Origin: Methanocella conradii HZ254
GTDB taxonomy: Archaea > Halobacteriota > Methanocellia > Methanocellales > Methanocellaceae
NCBI RefSeq assembly: GCF_000251105.1
Contig: NC_017034.1
Span: 505,350 to 537,349 of the forward strand
Direction: 5' to 3'
DNA: 32,000 nucleotides
The number at the start of each line of letters is the position of its first letter. Position 1 is the stretch's first letter. Below are positions 28,218-32,000 of the stretch, in pieces. Below the pieces are notes generated by a model, which did no database searches, was not told where the DNA came from, and saw nothing but the letters and a program-made list of their open reading frames with translations. Made by a program: the position numbers and the translations under genes.

Positions 28218-29516
28218 TTATGCCCCTCGCTGATCTGATTTATCCATAGCCTTCTGATTTAATGCGTCTCTCACCAACTTTATGGCGCACAGGTCACTGC
28301 ACATGGAGCACGTCTCGCCCTCGGGCATGCGCGTGCCCCTGATACGCTCTGCTCTCTCAGGGTCGATCGCCAGGCCCATCTGCGCCTTCCAGTCCAGGTC
28401 GCCCCTGGCCCGCGACATGCGCTCATCGAGAAGCCTGGCCCGCTCACGCTGGCCCTCCTTGACCGTATCAGCCACATGAGCGGCTATCCTTCCTACGATA
28501 ACGCCCTCCCTGATGTCGTCAACCGTAGGAAGCGCCAGGTGCTCCGAGGGCGTCACGATACACAGAAAATCTGCGCCGGCCATTCCTGCGACGGCGCCAC
28601 CTATGGCGCCCACTACATGGTCATAGCCGGGGGCGATGTCCGTCACCAGCGGCCCGAGCAAATACAAAGGAGCGTCGCCCGTAAGCTTCTTCATGGCCCT
28701 GACGCTCAGCTCCACGTCGTCGAGAGGGACATGCCCGGGCCCCTCGACTATGCACTGGACGCCCTTCTCCCGGCACCGCCGCACCAGCTCGCCCAGGGTG
28801 ATGAACTCCATGAACTCAGGCCTGTCCGTGGCGTCGGCCATGCAGCCGGGCCGCATGCCATCCCCTAAACTCAAGGTGAGGTCATACTCGCTGGCTATCT
28901 CCAGCAAGTAGTCGAACTCCTCGTAGAATGGATTATCCTTCCCATTATGGAGCATCCAGGCCAGGGTGAGGGCGCCGCCCCTGCTCACTATGTTAAGAAG
29001 CCTGGGGTCGTTCTTTAGGCGCTCCAGCGAGTTCCTGTTGACGCCGCAGTGGACCGTCACAAAGTCTACGCCATCCTTCGCGTGCTCCCTCACCGAGTTA
29101 AAAAGGTCGTCAGAGGTCATGTCCACCGCGTTCCTCCTTTTGCGGGCCGCGTGGTAGATGGGCACCGTGCCCACAGGCACGTCTAGCTCTTTTATGAGGC
29201 TTTTGCGCACGCTATCCCTGTCATGGCCCGTCGAGAGGTCCATCACGGCGTCCGCCCCGTACTGCACCGCTATTTTCGCCTTCCGCACCTCCTCATCGCA
29301 GTCATCATAGTCCTTCGAGGTGCCCACGTTGGCGTTAACCTTAGTGGACATGAGCATTCCGACTGCACGGCCAGGGAAGTCCCTGCCGGCGTTCCGCGGC
29401 ACGGCGACCAGGCCTCTGGCTATCAGGGATCTCAAGCGCTCCGGCTCAACTCCCTCAACCTTCGCTATCCTTTTGACCTCGTCGCTTAAGCCGTTTTTAG
29501 CCTCTCTCATCAACAT
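28218..29516 (-). CDS. thiC: Phosphomethylpyrimidine synthase (thiamine pyrimidine moiety)
   Basis: 432 aa with ThiC-typical blocks ([33 protein letters not shown]) and the C-terminal [11 protein letters not shown] cluster motif. Confidence 0.9.
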   Translation of the reverse strand: MLMREAKNGLSDEVKRIAKVEGVEPERLRSLIARGLVAVPRNAGRDFPGRAVGMLMSTKVNANVGTSKDYDDCDEEVRKAKIAVQYGADAVMDLSTGHDRDSVRKSLIKELDVPVGTVPIYHAARKRRNAVDMTSDDLFNSVREHAKDGVDFVTVHCGVNRNSLERLKNDPRLLNIVSRGGALTLAWMLHNGKDNPFYEEFDYLLEIASEYDLTLSLGDGMRPGCMADATDRPEFMEFITLGELVRRCREKGVQCIVEGPGHVPLDDVELSVRAMKKLTGDAPLYLLGPLVTDIAPGYDHVVGAIGGAVAGMAGADFLCIVTPSEHLALPTVDDIREGVIVGRIAAHVADTVKEGQRERARLLDERMSRARGDLDWKAQMGLAIDPERAERIRGTRMPEGETCSMCSDLCAIKLVRDALNQKAMDKSDQRGA

Positions 29517-29573
29517 GGCACTTAAACCTTTTATACGTAGAATTTATGCTATATGAACTTTTAACCGTATTTG

Positions 29574-30197
29574 ATGCGCGTGAAGAACATTGGCGGGTTT
29601 TCCTACGATTCCAATGCTTATCTAATTGACGCAAAGCGTAAAACCCTTGTGGACGCGGGCATGGACGCATCCAGGGTGCTTAAGGGTATCGGGGATGGGC
29701 TGGAGCTCATCGTGCTAACGCATTGCCACTATGACCACGTTGGGGCGGTGCCCGATATAGTGCGAGAGACGGGGGCGAAGGTGGCCATGCATGGCAAGGA
29801 CGTGCTGCTATTGCGTAGCGACAGGGCTTGCGTTGCGTCCATGTTCAACGCTCCCAGGCCCGAGTTTAAAGTGGACATCGTGCTCAAGGATGGCGATACC
29901 ATCGACCTCGGCGACTCCTTTTTAGCGGTCATCCACACGCCCGGCCACACGCCGGGCAGCATCTGCCTCTACAATGAGGAGACGAAAGAGATGTTCACCG
30001 GGGACACCGTCTTTGAGGGCGGGGGCTTTGGCCGCACGGATTTAGGCGGCGACGAAGGGCAGATGGTGGCGTCCCTGCAAAAGTTGGCCAAAATGGACGT
30101 TTCTATCCTGTACCCTGGCCATGGCGGCATTGTGGCTAACAGGGCAAAAGAGTCACTGCTAGCGTCTTACAATAATGCCAGACACATGTTTTTTTAA
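29574..30197 (+). CDS. MBL-fold metallo-hydrolase (glyoxalase II-like)
   Basis: Contains the HxHxDH motif (THCHYDHVGA), then HTPGHTPGS and the later YPGHG. The ATG at 29574 lies just after the track's TTG at 29571. Confidence 0.8.
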   Translation: MRVKNIGGFSYDSNAYLIDAKRKTLVDAGMDASRVLKGIGDGLELIVLTHCHYDHVGAVPDIVRETGAKVAMHGKDVLLLRSDRACVASMFNAPRPEFKVDIVLKDGDTIDLGDSFLAVIHTPGHTPGSICLYNEETKEMFTGDTVFEGGGFGRTDLGGDEGQMVASLQKLAKMDVSILYPGHGGIVANRAKESLLASYNNARHMFF

Positions 30198-30211
30198 AAA
30201 AGTTTTAAGCA

Positions 30212-30234
30212 CCGGGAGGCTTAATGCCTCCCGG
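30212..30234 (-). terminator. Perfect 9-bp hairpin between convergent genes
   Basis: CCGGGAGGC (30212-30220) pairs with GCCTCCCGG (30226-30234) across loop TTAAT. Read on the minus strand it is followed by a T-rich run (CTTTTTT). Confidence 0.5.
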
Positions 30235-30265
30235 ACAAAAGCTCTACCCCTGTATGGCTAGTTTA

Positions 30266-31243
30266 TCACTTCTTCCTGCAGACCAGCGCAAGCGCCGCTA
30301 TCATGCCTACAGTGGCCAGGACAATCTCGAATCCCGGGGACTGCGTCTTGGTGGGCGTGGGCGCGGACGGCGTAGCGGTAACGTTGGCCTGCACGGTCGG
30401 GCTGGCCGTCACGTTCGGCTTCACGGTTACTGTCGGGCTGGCCGTCGGGGTCGAGACCTTGGTGCCATTTATGACCTGCTTTATGGTGCCGTCAGGGTTG
30501 TAGATGATCGACTGGTCTGACATTGGCATGGGCGGTTGATTGGCGTAGAAGTCCCTTATGGCCTGCAGGTCGACATAGCGCTTGACCGTGCTGGTCGTGT
30601 TGTTGGGCTGCGGTGATGGAGAGGGCGAGGGTGAGGGGCTTGCCGTAGAGGTCGACTTGAAGTTCACGGAGTATATGATCGGCCCGTTCGTAGCATTATA
30701 ATTGTTTATAAACACTACTACATATCCGGGCTTAAAGCCCGACACAGTTGCTTTTTTGCCTACCTGTGTTCCGCCGCTGTAAACGCTGCATTCGAACGTG
30801 CTGCCATTCGTCGACGTAATTTTTGCCGTGTATACTGCATTAGGATCAAGCGTGCCTCCCAGCTGCGCTAATACGTCAGTGTCGTCTTTAACTACGATGA
30901 ACTGGTTCCAGGCAGCGCTCCATCCAACGCAAATATCCGGGCTATAGGGGGTCGATGACACGCCAACGTGTACGTCGCTGCTCTTATTATTCACTTTAAA
31001 CCTGGACTCGAAGCTGAACGCCCCCGATGGATCAGTCGTTACCTGATGGACTGCTCTGCTTGGGAAATCAACAGTGGAGGATATGCCCCCCTCGTTAGCG
31101 CGGAAAATGCCGCCAGTCGTTAGCCAGCCGCTACCGGATACGCTCGTCAATGGATCGACAACGAAGTCATCGGCGATAGCAATTGACGTCCCAAGCACTA
31201 ACGCCATCATCAACATTAATAGCATTGTGGCTTTACTTTTCAT
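30266..31243 (-). CDS. Secreted surface protein with a PGF-CTERM archaeal sorting signal
   Basis: 325 aa with the N-terminal signal MKSKATMLLMLMMALVLGTSIA. Internal SPSPSPSPSP and Thr/Pro-rich linkers are present. The C-terminus SPGFEIVLATVGMIAALALVCRKK has the PGF motif, a TM helix and a basic tail. Confidence 0.75.
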   Translation of the reverse strand: MKSKATMLLMLMMALVLGTSIAIADDFVVDPLTSVSGSGWLTTGGIFRANEGGISSTVDFPSRAVHQVTTDPSGAFSFESRFKVNNKSSDVHVGVSSTPYSPDICVGWSAAWNQFIVVKDDTDVLAQLGGTLDPNAVYTAKITSTNGSTFECSVYSGGTQVGKKATVSGFKPGYVVVFINNYNATNGPIIYSVNFKSTSTASPSPSPSPSPQPNNTTSTVKRYVDLQAIRDFYANQPPMPMSDQSIIYNPDGTIKQVINGTKVSTPTASPTVTVKPNVTASPTVQANVTATPSAPTPTKTQSPGFEIVLATVGMIAALALVCRKK

Positions 31244-31776
31244 TTTCTTCCTCCTATGAGTGCTTATTATACAGGGGTTTATTCCCTAGCACTTCTCTAC
31301 TAACGGCAAAAGCATCAGCCTTGCTTGGAAATATAGCGGTTTATATTGTTTTTACCGAATAATAAGCGGTTATATAAAAAAAATATGATAATCAAACATT
31401 TATGCAACGATGTCATTTATTTTTTAATGTGCCATTAAAAAATATCTATTAAATATAAAAAATATTATATATTAAGAGTCCGCAGGATAGACAGGGTTCA
31501 GGTACACGGAGCCTTCATCCTATATAAATGTTGTTGGTCTCGCCTCAATTAGCCAGCCAGCAGCATGCCCTATAGTGAATCGCGTCCGAGCACATGCATT
31601 TATCGCCCCCCTCAACGAGCGGAAAAAAGCAAGCGCTACATAAAAATTATTAACTTTTATCCCGTATAAATAACATATTTTACATTATAAGGCCGATTTT
31701 TCTTTTATTTTATTACGCTTCTTTCGCTATTTACAACACGAACGCTTTCAACTCAAGACAATTAATATTAAAACCG

Positions 31777-32000
31777 ATGAATATGGCCTATAAATCTATC
31801 AGAGACCTCGATGCCATTGATATAAAAATTATAGAGAAGCTATGCAAGGATTCAAGCGCGTCGCTCAACGATATTGCCCAGGAGCTGGGCATCTCCGCGT
31901 CCACGGTGCATAAGCGTATCAACACCCTGAAGGAGAATAACATAATCGAGCGCTTTACCATCCTATTCGACCCGATGATACTTAACCTGAAGACCGTCGC
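31777..32000 (+). CDS. Lrp/AsnC family transcriptional regulator, N-terminal part (runs off the window)
   Basis: My translation is MNMAYKSIRDLDAIDIKIIEKLCKDSSASLNDIAQELGISASTVHKRINTLKENNIIERFTILFDPMILNLKTV. This is the classic Lrp/AsnC HTH (D..D.kIl..L..d.r.s...iA..lg.s...v..Ri..L...gvI). It is not in the ORF track because it is partial. Confidence 0.8.
   Translation, partial: MNMAYKSIRDLDAIDIKIIEKLCKDSSASLNDIAQELGISASTVHKRINTLKENNIIERFTILFDPMILNLKTV

Noticed and set aside
29517-29573. A TPP riboswitch might be expected upstream of thiC.
   Set aside because: Only about 55 nt separate thiC from the divergent MBL gene, and no CUGAGA or ACCUGAUCUGGAUAAUGCCAGCG-like motifs are visible on the thiC strand.

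Overview
Archaeal chromosomal window, probably a methanogen-like euryarchaeon. The lineage call rests on gatD/gatE, an archaeal-type DnaG, a PGF-CTERM sorting signal, TATA/BRE-like promoters and a 16S-tRNAAla-23S-5S operon; it is an inference, not a database match. Most of the window is GC-rich housekeeping DNA. On the left are pitA (partial), pyrC, a CDF metal exporter, a DUF167 protein, a small Toprim protein, dnaG, rimI and a UPF0146 protein. On the right are gatE-gatD-argH, purE, an IlvD/Edd dehydratase, a radical SAM protein, thiC, an MBL hydrolase, a PGF-CTERM surface protein and a partial Lrp/AsnC regulator. A complete rRNA operon lies at about 9336-14437. Five things stand out. (1) A visibly AT-rich block follows the 5S gene (about 14438-17470). 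It holds four secreted or membrane-anchored proteins of unknown function in two bicistronic units. Each unit is driven by a copy of the same ~217-nt promoter and 5' leader cassette, whose Shine-Dalgarno-sequestering hairpin covaries between copies. A degenerate second 5S copy separates the units. (2) A 565-aa orphan protein has a C-terminal CHAT/caspase-like His-Cys domain. (3) A solo IS200/IS605-type TnpB has the RuvC-II glutamate position occupied by glycine, so it may be nuclease-dead. (4) A ~245-nt structured non-coding segment sits between pyrC and the CDF exporter. (5) A hairpin-rich intergenic region upstream of dnaG ends in a terminator-like stem plus T6. No CRISPR array and no integrase were seen. 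All calls come from reading the sequence and translations by eye; no searches were run.
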